64,000 nucleotides of DNA from Candidatus Latescibacterota bacterium (GCA_965243025.1 CBDETY010000003.1:3360001-3424000); one strand, 5' to 3'. Shown: positions 18,310-28,820, counted from the first letter of the stretch. The notes: a model not told the origin generated them from the letters alone. Made by a program: numbers and translations.

Positions 18310-20082
18310 TCATGCCTCGCTGTACTGCAGCTGATGCAGGCGGGCGTAGATGCCGTCCCGGGCAAGAAGCTCTTCGTGGCGGCCCTCTTCGCGCAAACGG
18401 CCCCGGTGCAGCACGAGGATCTTGTCGGCGCCGCGGATCGTGGACAGGCGGTGGGCGATGACGATGGAGGTGCGGTCGCGCATCAGCTTTTCCACCGCCT
18501 CCTGTATCCAGCCTTCGGTCTCGGTGTCGACGTGGGCGGTCGCCTCGTCGAGCACCAGGATGTCCGGGGCCGCGGCCAGGGCGCGGGCGAAGGACAGGAG
18601 CTGGCGCTGGCCGGAAGACAGGGCCGCCCCGCGCTCCTGCACCTCGTGCCGGTAGGTGTCGGGCAGGCGCTCGATGAAGCGGTCGGCGTTGACGTAGCGG
18701 GCCGCCTGCGCCACCGCTTCGTCCGACAGTCCGGGAGCCCCGAGGCGGATGTTGCCGGCGATGTCGCCGGCGAACAGAAAGACGTCCTGCTGCACGAGGC
18801 CGAAGCGCCGCCTGAGCGCCTCCACGTTCCACTCGCGGACGTCGATGCCGTCGACCAGGATCCGGCCCCGCTGTATCTCGTAGAAGCGACACAGCAGGCT
18901 GACGATGGTGGTCTTGCCCGAGCCGGTGGCCCCGACCAGGGCGAGGCTCTGCCCGGGCGCGGCACGGAAGGAAAGGTCGCGCAGGACCCACTCTTCCCCT
19001 TCGTACGCGAACCACACATGGCGGAACTCGATGGCCCCGTCGACCCGCTCGCGGCGCACCGGACCGCCGGCCGGCTCCGGCTCGGCGTCCATCAGCTCGA
19101 AGATGCGCTCGGAGGAGGCCATGGCCACCTGCACGGTGGCGTACTCCTCGGCGAGGTTGCGGACCGGCATGAAGAAGCGGGGCACGTACTGCAGCATGGC
19201 CACCAGGACCCCCCAGGGGATCTCCTCGCGCAGCACCTCGCCGACGCCGTACCACAGCACCAGCGCTATCAGGGCGGCGCCGCACAGCTCCATGAAGGGG
19301 AAGTAGGCCGAGTGGTAGAGGGTGCGCACCAGGCGGGCGTCGAGGTACTCGTCGGTGCCCTCGTTGAAGCGGCGGGCGCTGCGCGGCTCGCAGTTGAACA
19401 GCTTGACCACCTCCATGCCCGACAGGGTCTCCTGCAGGTCGGCGCTGAAGCGGGCGAAGCGGGTGCGGGCCTCGCGGAAGGCCTGGTAGGTGCGGTTCTG
19501 CAGCCACAGGGTGGCGGCGAAGGCCACCGGCAGAAAGGCGCAGGTCAGCAGGCCCAGCTCGACGTCGAGATAGAAGAAGATGAAAAACAGGATGGAGCCG
19601 ATGGTGACGGTTTCGGTCACCAGGGAGACGGCGCCGAAGGTGAAGAACTCGTTGAGGGCGTCGACATCGCTGGTATTGCGCGCCATCAACCGGCCGATGG
19701 GGGTGCGGTCGAAGAACCTGAGCGGCAGGCCCTGCAGGCAGGTGAAGATGTTCAGGCGCACGTCGCGCATCGTCCACTGGCCGACCATGCTGGTGATCCA
19801 GCTCTGGGCGTAGCCGACGGCGAACTGGGCGACCAGCAGCGCGGCGAAGAGCAGGACCAGAGTGCCGAGGCCGTCCAGGTCGCCGGGAACGATGTGCTCG
19901 TCGACGGCGATCTTGGTCAGCACCGGGCCGGCCTGGCGGGCCAGCGAGGCGGCGAGGATGAGGAACAAGGTCCAGACCACCCAGGGCAGGTAGGGCCGCA
20001 GGAACCCCATGAGCCTTGCCACTAGGCGGAGGTCGATGGACTTGCGGTCGATCTCCCGCTCGTCGCGGATGGCCGGCGGCAT
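18310..20082 (-). CDS. ABC exporter half transporter (MdlB-like)
   Basis: TMD plus GATGSGKT, LSSGQRQ, LDEAT. Confidence 0.93.
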   Translation of the reverse strand: MPPAIRDEREIDRKSIDLRLVARLMGFLRPYLPWVVWTLFLILAASLARQAGPVLTKIAVDEHIVPGDLDGLGTLVLLFAALLVAQFAVGYAQSWITSMVGQWTMRDVRLNIFTCLQGLPLRFFDRTPIGRLMARNTSDVDALNEFFTFGAVSLVTETVTIGSILFFIFFYLDVELGLLTCAFLPVAFAATLWLQNRTYQAFREARTRFARFSADLQETLSGMEVVKLFNCEPRSARRFNEGTDEYLDARLVRTLYHSAYFPFMELCGAALIALVLWYGVGEVLREEIPWGVLVAMLQYVPRFFMPVRNLAEEYATVQVAMASSERIFELMDAEPEPAGGPVRRERVDGAIEFRHVWFAYEGEEWVLRDLSFRAAPGQSLALVGATGSGKTTIVSLLCRFYEIQRGRILVDGIDVREWNVEALRRRFGLVQQDVFLFAGDIAGNIRLGAPGLSDEAVAQAARYVNADRFIERLPDTYRHEVQERGAALSSGQRQLLSFARALAAAPDILVLDEATAHVDTETEGWIQEAVEKLMRDRTSIVIAHRLSTIRGADKILVLHRGRLREEGRHEELLARDGIYARLHQLQYSEA

Positions 20083-21827
20083 CAGAAATCCCCCAGTTCC
20101 TCGGTGAGGTGCTGGCGGCGGTACATGTCGGCGTAGAGGCCGCCGCGTGCGAGCAGTTCGCCGTGGGTGCCCTCCTCGACGACGCGCCCCTCGTCGAGGA
20201 CGATGATGCGGTCGGCGGCCATGACGGTGGAGAGGCGGTGGGCGATGAGGATGGTGGTGCGCTCGGCCATGATGCCGCGCAGGCGCTCGAGGATACGCTC
20301 TTCGGTGCGGGTATCGACGTTGGCGAGGGCGTCGTCGAGGATGAGGATCTTCGGTTTCCGCGCCACCGACCGGGCCAGGGCGGTGCGCTGCTTCTGCCCG
20401 CCGGACAGGGTGACGCCGCGCTCGCCGACGACGGTGTCCAGCCCATCGGGAAAGGTCTCGAGGTCGGCGGTCAGCTGCGCCGCCTCGACGGCGCGCTCGA
20501 CCTCGTCCGGGGGGGCCGAGTCGAGGGCGATGTTGTCGCGGATGCTCTCCGAGAACAGGAAGGTGTCCTGCGGCACGTAGCCGATGGCGTCGCGGAAGGC
20601 CCTCATCGGCATCTGCTCGACCGGTCTGCCGTCGATGAGGACCTCCCCCTCCCCGGCCTGGATGAGGCGGGGGATGAGCCGGGCCAGGGTGCTCTTGCCC
20701 GACCCGACGCGGCCGACGACGGCCAGGGTGCTGCCGGCGGGAACGCGGACGTCGATGTCGCGCAGCACGGTGCGGCCGTCGTACGCGAAGGAGGCGCCGC
20801 GGAACTCGATTTCCCCCCTGATCGCCAGGCCGCTATCCCCGTACAGATCGGCCTGGGGCTCTTCCCCGAGCACGGACTCGATGCGCAGCATGGAGGCCAT
20901 GGCGCGCTGGTACTCGTCGACGATGCGCCCCATCATCATCATCGGGCGGCTTATGCGTATCAGGTAGGCGTTGAAGGCGACGAACGCCCCCAGGCTGAGG
21001 GTTCCCTCGACGACGCGGGTGCCCCCCAGCCACAGGATGAACACCATCGACAGCCCGCTGATCAGGAAGGTGAAGGGAAAGAAGGTGCTGTAGAGGTAGA
21101 TCAGGCGGCGGTTGCGTTCGACGTACTCGTCGTTGAGCCGGGTGAAGCGCTCGATCTCGCCGCGGCGGCGGGCGAACGCCTTGACCACGCGCATGCCGGC
21201 GAGGCTCTCCTGCAGGCAGGTGCTGATGGCGGCGAACTGCTCCTGCACCCTGCGGTAGCGCCGGCGCACCTTGCCGCCCACCAGGCGCAGGATCACCACC
21301 ATGACCGGCATCGGCAGCAAGGCGAACAGGGCCAGCTCCCAGTCGTAGAGGCACATCGCCGTCATGCTCAGGCCGAAGCCGAGCAGGGCGCTGAGGAACA
21401 TGCGGAAGCCGTGGCTGAGGTAGCGCTGCACCGCCTCGACGTCGTTGGTCGCCCGGGCCATCAGGTCGCCGGTGCGGGCCTGCTGGAAGTAGCCGAGGGG
21501 CAGGGTGAGCAGGTGGGCGAAATAGCGCTGGCGGATGTCCCGCTCGACGCGGTAGGAGGTGGCGGCCAGGTGCCAGCGCATGCCGAAGGCCATGCCCCAC
21601 TGCGCCAGACCGAGGCCGACGATGAGGGCTGCGTAGCGGGGCAGGAAAGCCAGGTCCGGCGCGGCCTGCTCCAGGCTCGCCCGGGCCTGGTTGATGGCGC
21701 GTTCGAGGAGGAGGGGGATGGAGACGGCGACGAGCTGTTCGCCCAGCAGAAAGCCCAGGCCCGCGGCCAGGGCCCAGCGGTAGGGGCGGAGAAAGGAGGC
21801 GAACGGCTTGAAGGGATTCAGGCTCAT
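20082..21827 (-). CDS. ABC exporter half transporter (MdlA-like, degenerate site)
   Basis: GRVGSGKS, LSGGQKQ, LDDA; heterodimer partner of the downstream gene. Confidence 0.93.
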   Translation of the reverse strand: MSLNPFKPFASFLRPYRWALAAGLGFLLGEQLVAVSIPLLLERAINQARASLEQAAPDLAFLPRYAALIVGLGLAQWGMAFGMRWHLAATSYRVERDIRQRYFAHLLTLPLGYFQQARTGDLMARATNDVEAVQRYLSHGFRMFLSALLGFGLSMTAMCLYDWELALFALLPMPVMVVILRLVGGKVRRRYRRVQEQFAAISTCLQESLAGMRVVKAFARRRGEIERFTRLNDEYVERNRRLIYLYSTFFPFTFLISGLSMVFILWLGGTRVVEGTLSLGAFVAFNAYLIRISRPMMMMGRIVDEYQRAMASMLRIESVLGEEPQADLYGDSGLAIRGEIEFRGASFAYDGRTVLRDIDVRVPAGSTLAVVGRVGSGKSTLARLIPRLIQAGEGEVLIDGRPVEQMPMRAFRDAIGYVPQDTFLFSESIRDNIALDSAPPDEVERAVEAAQLTADLETFPDGLDTVVGERGVTLSGGQKQRTALARSVARKPKILILDDALANVDTRTEERILERLRGIMAERTTILIAHRLSTVMAADRIIVLDEGRVVEEGTHGELLARGGLYADMYRRQHLTEELGDF

Positions 21828-21946
21828 GCGCGGGTTTGCGGCCGCCGGTTCATCTTCAGTCCGCCGGAAAATCCTTCAAGGCAGTGCCGCCCCGGGAAAA
21901 AGCACGCTCCCCCGAATGGCCGCCGGCAGGTACGACGGTCCGGGGC

Positions 21947-22753
21947 TCAGGGGGAGTGGTCGGTGTCGATCGGCGCCTCGTCGTTGGCCAGGAAGCGCTC
22001 CTCGGTATTGTGGGTCGCCGGGACGGTGCGGAAGTCGGCGATCCAGGGCTGGCGGAAATAGACCTGCTTTTCGCGCGGCAGGCCCTGCAGCACCGCCGGG
22101 GGGATCCTCAGCCTGTGCCAGTGGGTGGCCAGGTGCGAGTAGGCGTGCAGGACGGTGACTCTCGGGGTGTCGCGGCGCCACACCGGTCCGGCGTGGCCGA
22201 GGTTCTCGGTGAAGAAAACGGCGCTGCCGGCAGGGCAGGCGTAGGTGGCGAGGAAGGGGCTGCGCCTGCCTTCCTCCAGCGACAGGTGGTCTTCGTGCAG
22301 GGCGAACTCCGACTTGTGGCTGCCGATGAGGAAATGGGTGCTCTGGTCCTCCATGGCGATGTCGGTCAGCTCGAAGATGACCCGCACCATGCCGGCGTGG
22401 ATGCGCCCGTTCTTGACGCGGTAGCCGAAGATGGGGTCGGCCTGCCTGGGGCCGCCTCCGTGCAGCGGGCCGTGCTCCTCCCCTTTGCTGCGCCAGACGC
22501 AGCTGCAGCTTTCCATCCGGATGTCGGGCCCGATCACATCGCGGATCACGTCGATCACCCGGGGATGGTCGATCAGCACACTGGCGGGCCCGCCGGGCAC
22601 GTCGCGGTGCTCGGGCGGCAGCGATTCGGGGTCGTGCTTGATGCGGTCGACCTGGTCGACGATGGCGGCGACCTCGGAAGGGGTGAGGATGGCGGGCCGC
22701 ACCAGGAATCCGGTGAGGTCGAAGCGGAAGCGCTCTTCTTCTGTCATGGCCAT
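21947..22753 (-). CDS. PhyH-family Fe(II)/2OG oxygenase, HxG variant
   Basis: RFRFDLTGFLV, LHGGG, IGSHKS, AGSAVFFTENLGH. Confidence 0.85.
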   Translation of the reverse strand: MAMTEEERFRFDLTGFLVRPAILTPSEVAAIVDQVDRIKHDPESLPPEHRDVPGGPASVLIDHPRVIDVIRDVIGPDIRMESCSCVWRSKGEEHGPLHGGGPRQADPIFGYRVKNGRIHAGMVRVIFELTDIAMEDQSTHFLIGSHKSEFALHEDHLSLEEGRRSPFLATYACPAGSAVFFTENLGHAGPVWRRDTPRVTVLHAYSHLATHWHRLRIPPAVLQGLPREKQVYFRQPWIADFRTVPATHNTEERFLANDEAPIDTDHSP

Positions 22754-22799
22754 GCAGTTCTCTCCTGTGAAGCGTTTCTCCAACGGGAACGGTCCGGGA

Positions 22800-24266
22800 T
22801 CACGGCTCTTCACCTTCCACTCTGGAATTCGTCCCTGGGGCAGGCGTCCGCGCATCGACCAGCCACTCGACGGCAGCGACCTGGCCCTGGCGGGCGTAGT
22901 CGGCCGCTTCGCCGAGAACGCGGGCGGCCTCCTGCGGAGCGTGGAAGCCCATGGAATTCTCCGCGGCCACGAAATCGAGCCGCCACTGCGCCTTGCGCTG
23001 CAGGGCCAGGGCCGCTTCCAGGTCGTCGTCTCCGGCGCCGGCGGCGCGCGCCCTCGCCATGGCGTCGAGCTGGTCCATGAGCGCCGCGCCGGCCCGCTGC
23101 AGGAGGTCGAAGTTGCGCTGCTGGATGGCGTCGGCCCGGGCCGCGAGCTCGGCCTCGGAGAAAGAGTGGCAGACCTGGCAGGCGCGGTTGATGTTCAGCA
23201 GCGGGCTGCGCACCCAGTGGTCGGAGATTTTGGCGGCTCCGTCGCGCATGTAGGGCATGTGGCAGTCGGCGCAGGAGACGCCGCTGCGCGCGTGGATGCC
23301 CTGGCTCCAGAGCTCGAATTCCGGGTGCTGCGCCTTGAGGACTTTCGCCCCCGTCTCCTTGTGGACGTAGTCGAAAAACCCGCTGCCATCCTCCAGGGTC
23401 ATGGCGTCCCAGAACGCTTCCATTTCCTCTGCCTTCAGGCCGTTTCCCCAGGGAAAAGTCAGCTTCGCCCCGCTGCCGCAGTAGTACTCGACGTGGCACT
23501 GGCCGCAGGTGAACGAGCGCATCTCGTTGCGGCTGGCGCTGGCGTTGGGGTCGTAGGGGCGGTCGCGGCTTCCCCGCCGCCAGCGTTCCAGCGACGGCAG
23601 GTGCGGGACCGGGGCGTCGGAGGCGGCCAGCATCCGGATGCCCTGGATGAACCCGGGCCGGGTGATGCGCAGCTGCATGGTCTCCGGGTCGTGGCAATCG
23701 ACGCACGATACCGGGTGGGCGTGTCCGGCGTCGTGCAGCATCCGGTTGAGCTCGCCGTAGGAATAGGCGTAGGAGCGCTCGAAGCCCGCCGTGGCGTCGC
23801 CGTCTCCAAGCTGCCGGTAGAGGGGCATGATGGAGGCGTGGCAGTGCAGGCAGGAGCCGGACTGGGGCCTGGATTGCCGCCCGGTCTGCTCCTGGTCGTA
23901 GAGCATGTAGGCGTGGCCGCGCCGGTCGCGGTAGTCGAGGGAGAACGCGTACCCGAGGAACATCCGGCGCAGCCAGGGGTCGCGTTCGATCTTCTGCGCG
24001 GGCAGGGCCTCGCTGCCTCCGTGTCCGCCGAAGCGCGTGCGCGTCGCCTCGGCGGTCCGCTTGTAGCTGTCGTACTGCCGCGGCCAGTTGATGCCCCAAT
24101 GGGCCGGGTCGGTGTCCTCCTCCCCGACTTCCACCAGGCGCACCTCCCCTCTACGCCCTTCCTCCTTGCGTTCGAACATGCTGACCAGCAGCCCGGTGAG
24201 GAGGGCGCTGGCAACGGCCGCCAGGCCCAGAAGGAGGATGGCTTTCCAGGGTATTTTTCGAAACAT
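22800..24266 (-). CDS. nrfA: Ammonia-forming cytochrome c nitrite reductase catalytic subunit
   Basis: Five heme motifs [32 protein letters not shown]; RGH; KAQHPEFE; [10 protein letters not shown]. Confidence 0.95.
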   Translation of the reverse strand: MFRKIPWKAILLLGLAAVASALLTGLLVSMFERKEEGRRGEVRLVEVGEEDTDPAHWGINWPRQYDSYKRTAEATRTRFGGHGGSEALPAQKIERDPWLRRMFLGYAFSLDYRDRRGHAYMLYDQEQTGRQSRPQSGSCLHCHASIMPLYRQLGDGDATAGFERSYAYSYGELNRMLHDAGHAHPVSCVDCHDPETMQLRITRPGFIQGIRMLAASDAPVPHLPSLERWRRGSRDRPYDPNASASRNEMRSFTCGQCHVEYYCGSGAKLTFPWGNGLKAEEMEAFWDAMTLEDGSGFFDYVHKETGAKVLKAQHPEFELWSQGIHARSGVSCADCHMPYMRDGAAKISDHWVRSPLLNINRACQVCHSFSEAELAARADAIQQRNFDLLQRAGAALMDQLDAMARARAAGAGDDDLEAALALQRKAQWRLDFVAAENSMGFHAPQEAARVLGEAADYARQGQVAAVEWLVDARTPAPGTNSRVEGEEP

Positions 24267-24269
24267 CGG

Positions 24270-24752
24270 CTATTCGGCGTTGTGGACGGTCTCCGGGCCG
24301 CCCAGGCCGACCCACTCCCCGTGTCCGGCGGTGCGGTGGCAGTGGACGCAGCTCACCGCTCCGGTATCGACGATCCGGTGGACGAAGGCGCCGTGACACG
24401 ACAGGCAGTTCTGCTGCAGGATGCGGCTGTTTTTCTCTTTGATGACGATCGGCTCGGGGAAGTTCTGGAAGACAAAGGCGGTGGAGTGATTCCAGCCGTT
24501 TTCCGCCTTGGCCAGGTACCTGCCCGGGAAGCTGCGCGGCAGGTGGCAATCGACGCAATCGGCCGCGGCGTGGTGACTGGATTTACGGTAGGAGTCCAGT
24601 TGGGGTCTCATGATGTGGCAGTTGGCGCATGCGTCCGGGTCCGTGCTGAAGTAGGACAGGCCCTCTCCGTAATGGAAGGTAAAGGCTCCGACCCCGGTCA
24701 AAACGGCCAGCCACATCAGTCCGAACCGTATCCAGGGGCTTGTTGGATGCAT
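24270..24752 (-). CDS. nrfH: Cytochrome c nitrite reductase small subunit (tetraheme quinol dehydrogenase)
   Basis: TM anchor; CANCHIM, CVDCH, CLSCH, CVHCH; directly upstream of nrfA. Confidence 0.93.
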   Translation of the reverse strand: MHPTSPWIRFGLMWLAVLTGVGAFTFHYGEGLSYFSTDPDACANCHIMRPQLDSYRKSSHHAAADCVDCHLPRSFPGRYLAKAENGWNHSTAFVFQNFPEPIVIKEKNSRILQQNCLSCHGAFVHRIVDTGAVSCVHCHRTAGHGEWVGLGGPETVHNAE

Positions 24753-24879
24753 GGATTATTCCGGCTGCCTGCTCGGGAAACCGGCGCCCAAAATAGAGCA
24801 TGAACGGGCGGGAAAAGAAACGACGGAAGATCGAACCAGCTGATCCAACTTCCCCGGGATTTCCCCGGCCCGGAAAAAC

Positions 24880-24895
24880 CGGCATGTTTTCTGCA
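24880..24895 (+). promoter_or_regulatory. Possible sigma54 promoter
   Basis: CGGCATGTTTTCTGCA = GG-N10-GC upstream of the COG4337 gene. Confidence 0.35.
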
Positions 24896-24966
24896 GAAGG
24901 ATTCCGCCTCGCCCGGACTCCCCTGGAACGGGCGCACCGCAAGCGAGGGACCGTCTTTTTCAGTCG

Positions 24967-25542
24967 TTGGAACAGGAGAAGGAAAAGGAGAAAGTGAATG
25001 TTTCGTCGGTTTTTTCGGCAACAGTGGCAGGAGCGGTTTTGACGATGGGTTATTCAGAGAGTATTGCCGGAGAGGGGGGCATTTCAGAGGGAGAAATCCT
25101 CGAAGCCCAGAAAAAATGGAGCGATGCGATCGTCGCCATCGGGGAGGCGTACACCCGGGAAACGGACTACAGGGCGCTGGCGGAAGAAACCGTCGATACC
25201 CTGTACGGTTATGCTCAAGGAGCGGTGCTGTTCAAGCCGACGAAGGCGGCCGAAAAGCAGTTCCGTTCAGCGAGGGAAGAGGCGCTCTCCTACTTCGTGA
25301 CCGGTTCGGTGCCCGAGGACCGCGGGTTTGCCATCCAGCCCTGGAGCAGGGTCCGGTTCGAGAACGCCGGATTCATCATCGGCGGCGGCTCGGCCATCGC
25401 CATGGGCAACTACTGGTTCACTGACGCCAACACCGGAGAAGAAGCCCGGGTGGAGTTCACGTTCGGCTACTTCAGGGACGGGGACGGCGCCCTGCGCATC
25501 AACCTCCACCACTCCTCGTTCCCTTACCAGCCCGGGCATTGA
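24967..25542 (+). CDS. COG4337 / iota-type carbonic anhydrase-like protein (start uncertain)
   Basis: AQ..W...IV.IG, VLFKPTKA, EDRGFAI.PW..VRFEN, AMGNY.F, C-terminal HHSS.PY. Confidence 0.75.
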   Translation: MEQEKEKEKVNVSSVFSATVAGAVLTMGYSESIAGEGGISEGEILEAQKKWSDAIVAIGEAYTRETDYRALAEETVDTLYGYAQGAVLFKPTKAAEKQFRSAREEALSYFVTGSVPEDRGFAIQPWSRVRFENAGFIIGGGSAIAMGNYWFTDANTGEEARVEFTFGYFRDGDGALRINLHHSSFPYQPGH

Positions 25543-25669
25543 TCGGGGCCGGCGGCTCCCGGGGCAGGGTGAACCGGACCTTCTCCCCGGCTCCGGCCGC
25601 CTCGCCGCCGGTGCCCCGGTCCTGCTGAATCCAGCCCCTGCCGGGGCCGCCTCCGAACCGAAGCGGAGC

Positions 25670-25702
25670 CGGCGGCCATGGCTTCCGCCGACCATGGCCG
25701 CG
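25670..25702. terminator. Hairpin between convergent genes
   Basis: GCGGCCATGG...CCATGGCCGC stem. Confidence 0.35.
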
Positions 25703-25715
25703 CTCCGGCAAGGCG

Positions 25716-26528
25716 TTACTCGACCACCACCAGCACCGCCTCTCCCTTCAGGATCTCGTTGACGATGGTGACCTGGGTGCCCTCTTCGCTCACCTCCACC
25801 GTGTAGTCCTTCTTCTTTTTCAGCTTGCCCGTCCGGGCGATCAGCTCCTTCAGCTTCTGATCCGAACCCAGGGCCAGCGGCTCGCCGATGGCCAGGTATT
25901 CGACCTGGTAATCGTCTCCGGGTTTCTGGACCAGTTTGTACCCCTTGCGGAAGAAACGCCTGCCCGTCTCCAGGAACCCCTCCTCCTTGAGGCGGTCCTC
26001 GGTGCCCACGACAACGCGCACCGCGGTTTTCGCCTGGTCCAGCTCCGCTTCCGTTTCCTCGATTTTCCTGGTGGCATCCTCCAGCTCCTGAGAAAGCTGC
26101 CAGGTCAGGTCCCTCTGGTCCCGCAGGGCCGAGGTCAGGCTGTCGGACGAGATGATCAGCCGGTCGATTGCCGCCGCGTCGGCCTCCTTCTCCTCCTGCA
26201 GCATGGTGATCGCCTCCTGCAGCTCGACGTTCATGCGGCGGCGTTTCTCCGCCAGGGAGCGGTATTTCTTCACTTCCTTGTTGAGCTGCTGGTTCTTCTC
26301 CTGCAGGACCATCTCGAACTTTTCGAGGCTGTCGAGCTGGGTCTGCAGGGTGGTGAGCTGAGCCTGCGAGGTGCCCACCTCGATCTGGAGCGAGTCGATG
26401 CGGGCGGCGCTCTCCTCGATCTTCTGGTTGTATTCCCGTCTCTGCTTCTCGAGCTCGCTTTCGCCGCATGCGGTCAGGCCGAGGCAGAGGAGCAAGGCCA
26501 CGAAAGAACCGGAAAATTTCTTATGCAT
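25716..26528 (-). CDS. Coiled-coil lipoprotein, hypothetical
   Basis: Lipobox LTAC; long heptad region; C-terminal globular part. Confidence 0.7.
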   Translation of the reverse strand: MHKKFSGSFVALLLCLGLTACGESELEKQRREYNQKIEESAARIDSLQIEVGTSQAQLTTLQTQLDSLEKFEMVLQEKNQQLNKEVKKYRSLAEKRRRMNVELQEAITMLQEEKEADAAAIDRLIISSDSLTSALRDQRDLTWQLSQELEDATRKIEETEAELDQAKTAVRVVVGTEDRLKEEGFLETGRRFFRKGYKLVQKPGDDYQVEYLAIGEPLALGSDQKLKELIARTGKLKKKKDYTVEVSEEGTQVTIVNEILKGEAVLVVVE

Positions 26529-26884
26529 CCGATCATCTCCCAGGTTGGGGGTTTGGAGTTCGAAGTCCGGAAACCGGAACAACAAATAGTGTTTTACAAC
26601 TACCGGGGGGGACCGAGCGGCAAGGCCGCGCATCGGATCGTCTCCCAAGGTGGGGGTTGGGGTTTGCGTTCGGAACCGCACAACTAGGAATCGATTCTAT
26701 CCATGGTCAAGCTTCCCCGGACCGTGGGCAAGCTTGCGGCCGCAGACATGGGGCCATGAGTCGCGGGCGTCCCCCGGGGCTGTTCACACCCTGGAAACCC
26801 TTGCTTCGCAAGGGTGCCGGCGCCGGCGACTGACGAGGTGTCCGCAGAGGAGGAACGTCCCGGGGTCCGGGCCGCCACCTCAGG

Positions 26885-28153
26885 TCAACGCAGGAAGCAG
26901 GGGGGCGCCTCGGCGAGGGCTTCCGGGTGGATGATGCGCAGGGCGAGCCCGCCCTCCCCGTCGTCCTGCCACTGGATCTGCACCCCCTTGAGGGCGCGCT
27001 GGGCGCCGGCCCGGGGATCGCCCAGGGGGTACACACTGAACGGGCCCAGCACGGTCTCGGTCTCGAGGGCGAAGAGCTGGTCGCGGACCGCGGCCGGATC
27101 GAGCTTTCCGCTCGCGGCCAGTGCCGCTTCGATGGCCTCGGCCATGACCTCCACCGCTCCGAACCCGCCGGCGGGGCGGTGGTCGGGGCTCGTACCCTCG
27201 GCCGCTTCGTATTTCCCGACCAGGGTCTGGCTGTCCGCGATGAAACCGGAGGTGCGAACCGCCGGAACCCAGGGAGCGCCCCCGGCCACGCATCGAGCCA
27301 GCTCCCCCACTCCCGAGGCGAACAGGGGGGACGCGGGGCTGTTGACGCTGAACATCACGGGCACGTACCCGGCCTCGTCTGCGGCTGTTCGCAAGGCGAC
27401 CTGGTCCTGGCCGTACCCCGCGACGACGAAGAGGTCCCCGTCCGCGTCCCTCGCGGCTGCGGCCAGAGCCTCGTGGTCGGCTTCTCCGGCGGCGTAAGCC
27501 CGGTCCAGCACCAGTTCGAGCCCGTGCTCCCCGGCGGCCTCGCGCACGCCGTTGGCCAGGGAGCGGGGAAAGGCGGTGTCCTCGTAGATCAGGGCGACGG
27601 TTTCGGCGCCGCCCTGAGCGGCCAGCTCCACCGAGCCCTGGGCATAGGCGGGGGCCGGGCTCAGCAGCTGGACGCTCCACTGCCGCTGCTGCCCCGCCCA
27701 GAGCTCGGGCGCCGCCGCAAGCGGGGCGACGAGGGGAATCCCCGCGGCTTCGGCGACCGGGATCACGGCCTCGGTTATCACGCTGCTGTAGGGACCGAGC
27801 AGGGCGTCGATCGAATCGGAGGCGACGAACCCCGAGTACAGGGCCGCGCTCGTCTCCGGGTCGCTTTCATCGTCGCGGATCACCAGCTGCACCCGACGGC
27901 CGGCAATGCCGCCCCTCTCGTTCAGCAGATCGACTGCCAGCCGGTACCCCCACGCGAGGTCGTTGCCGGCGCCGGCATGCCGCCCGGTCTCGGCCAGGGC
28001 GGCCGCAAGGGTGATGGGCTCGGCCTCGGGCTCCGGCCCCGCCGGGTCGTCGCCGCAGCCGGCCAGCGCCAGCGCGAGAACGGCGAAGCCGGGTACCAGG
28101 GTTGACTGCAGAAGGAAGCGCGGCGTCCTGCCGGCTCGATATTCCCTGTTCAT
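26885..28153 (-). CDS. Branched-chain amino acid-type ABC substrate-binding lipoprotein (PBP1), orphan
   Basis: LAGC lipobox; N..GGI.GR.V.L...DD.SDP, LLGPYSS. Confidence 0.88.
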   Translation of the reverse strand: MNREYRAGRTPRFLLQSTLVPGFAVLALALAGCGDDPAGPEPEAEPITLAAALAETGRHAGAGNDLAWGYRLAVDLLNERGGIAGRRVQLVIRDDESDPETSAALYSGFVASDSIDALLGPYSSVITEAVIPVAEAAGIPLVAPLAAAPELWAGQQRQWSVQLLSPAPAYAQGSVELAAQGGAETVALIYEDTAFPRSLANGVREAAGEHGLELVLDRAYAAGEADHEALAAAARDADGDLFVVAGYGQDQVALRTAADEAGYVPVMFSVNSPASPLFASGVGELARCVAGGAPWVPAVRTSGFIADSQTLVGKYEAAEGTSPDHRPAGGFGAVEVMAEAIEAALAASGKLDPAAVRDQLFALETETVLGPFSVYPLGDPRAGAQRALKGVQIQWQDDGEGGLALRIIHPEALAEAPPCFLR

Positions 28154-28303
28154 TAATAAACCCTCCGAAAAAAATGATTTTCCTTGCGGCAGGACGGCGT
28201 CAAACCCGGTCTCCATCCCCCCGTCGAGTTTTGCAGCCCATTCGACGATCCCCGTGCGTTGGGAGGCTATCCCGCACACATCGCAGCGCCCCTGGCCGAT
28301 CTC

Positions 28304-28816
28304 TCACAGCATTTCCTCGACCTGGGCGCGGCTGGCCGGATCCAGACGCCGGTAGTCGGGAATCTCGTAGCGGTTGCCGTCGGCGTCCTGCACCAGCACC
28401 CTGCCGCCGCCCAGAAGGCGGACGTCGCGGCGGCTGGAATAGATCTCGAAGGCGCGGGGGCCCCGGTCGGTTTCCACCTCCCAGCGCGGCACCCGGTATG
28501 CTGTCGTCACCCTGGTTATGCGCTGGATGCGGGGGGTGAAGTAAGCCCGCTCCAGCTCCTCTTCGACGGCCTGGCGGCTGGCCGCATCCAGCGCGTCGAG
28601 CCGGGCAAGCGAGCCGATTTCCTTCCCCTCGCGGTCCTGGACGACGATGAAGCCGTCTTCGCAGGTCAGGGGGAAAGCCCGCTTGACCCGGACCCTCGAA
28701 CAGGTCCGGTCCCCGGCCAGGTCGAGGTTCAGGTCCTCGAAGGCATCGACGAAGAACCTCACTCGCTCCGGGTCGAGATAGACCACTTCAGCGGCCAGGT
28801 CGTGGCGCTTCTGCAT
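28304..28816 (-). CDS. DUF1854-domain protein
   Basis: V..RAFPLT, YFTPRI.RI, W.VETDRG, D.DG.RY.I.D...LD. Confidence 0.85.
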   Translation of the reverse strand: MQKRHDLAAEVVYLDPERVRFFVDAFEDLNLDLAGDRTCSRVRVKRAFPLTCEDGFIVVQDREGKEIGSLARLDALDAASRQAVEEELERAYFTPRIQRITRVTTAYRVPRWEVETDRGPRAFEIYSSRRDVRLLGGGRVLVQDADGNRYEIPDYRRLDPASRAQVEEML

Positions 28817-28820
28817 GGTT

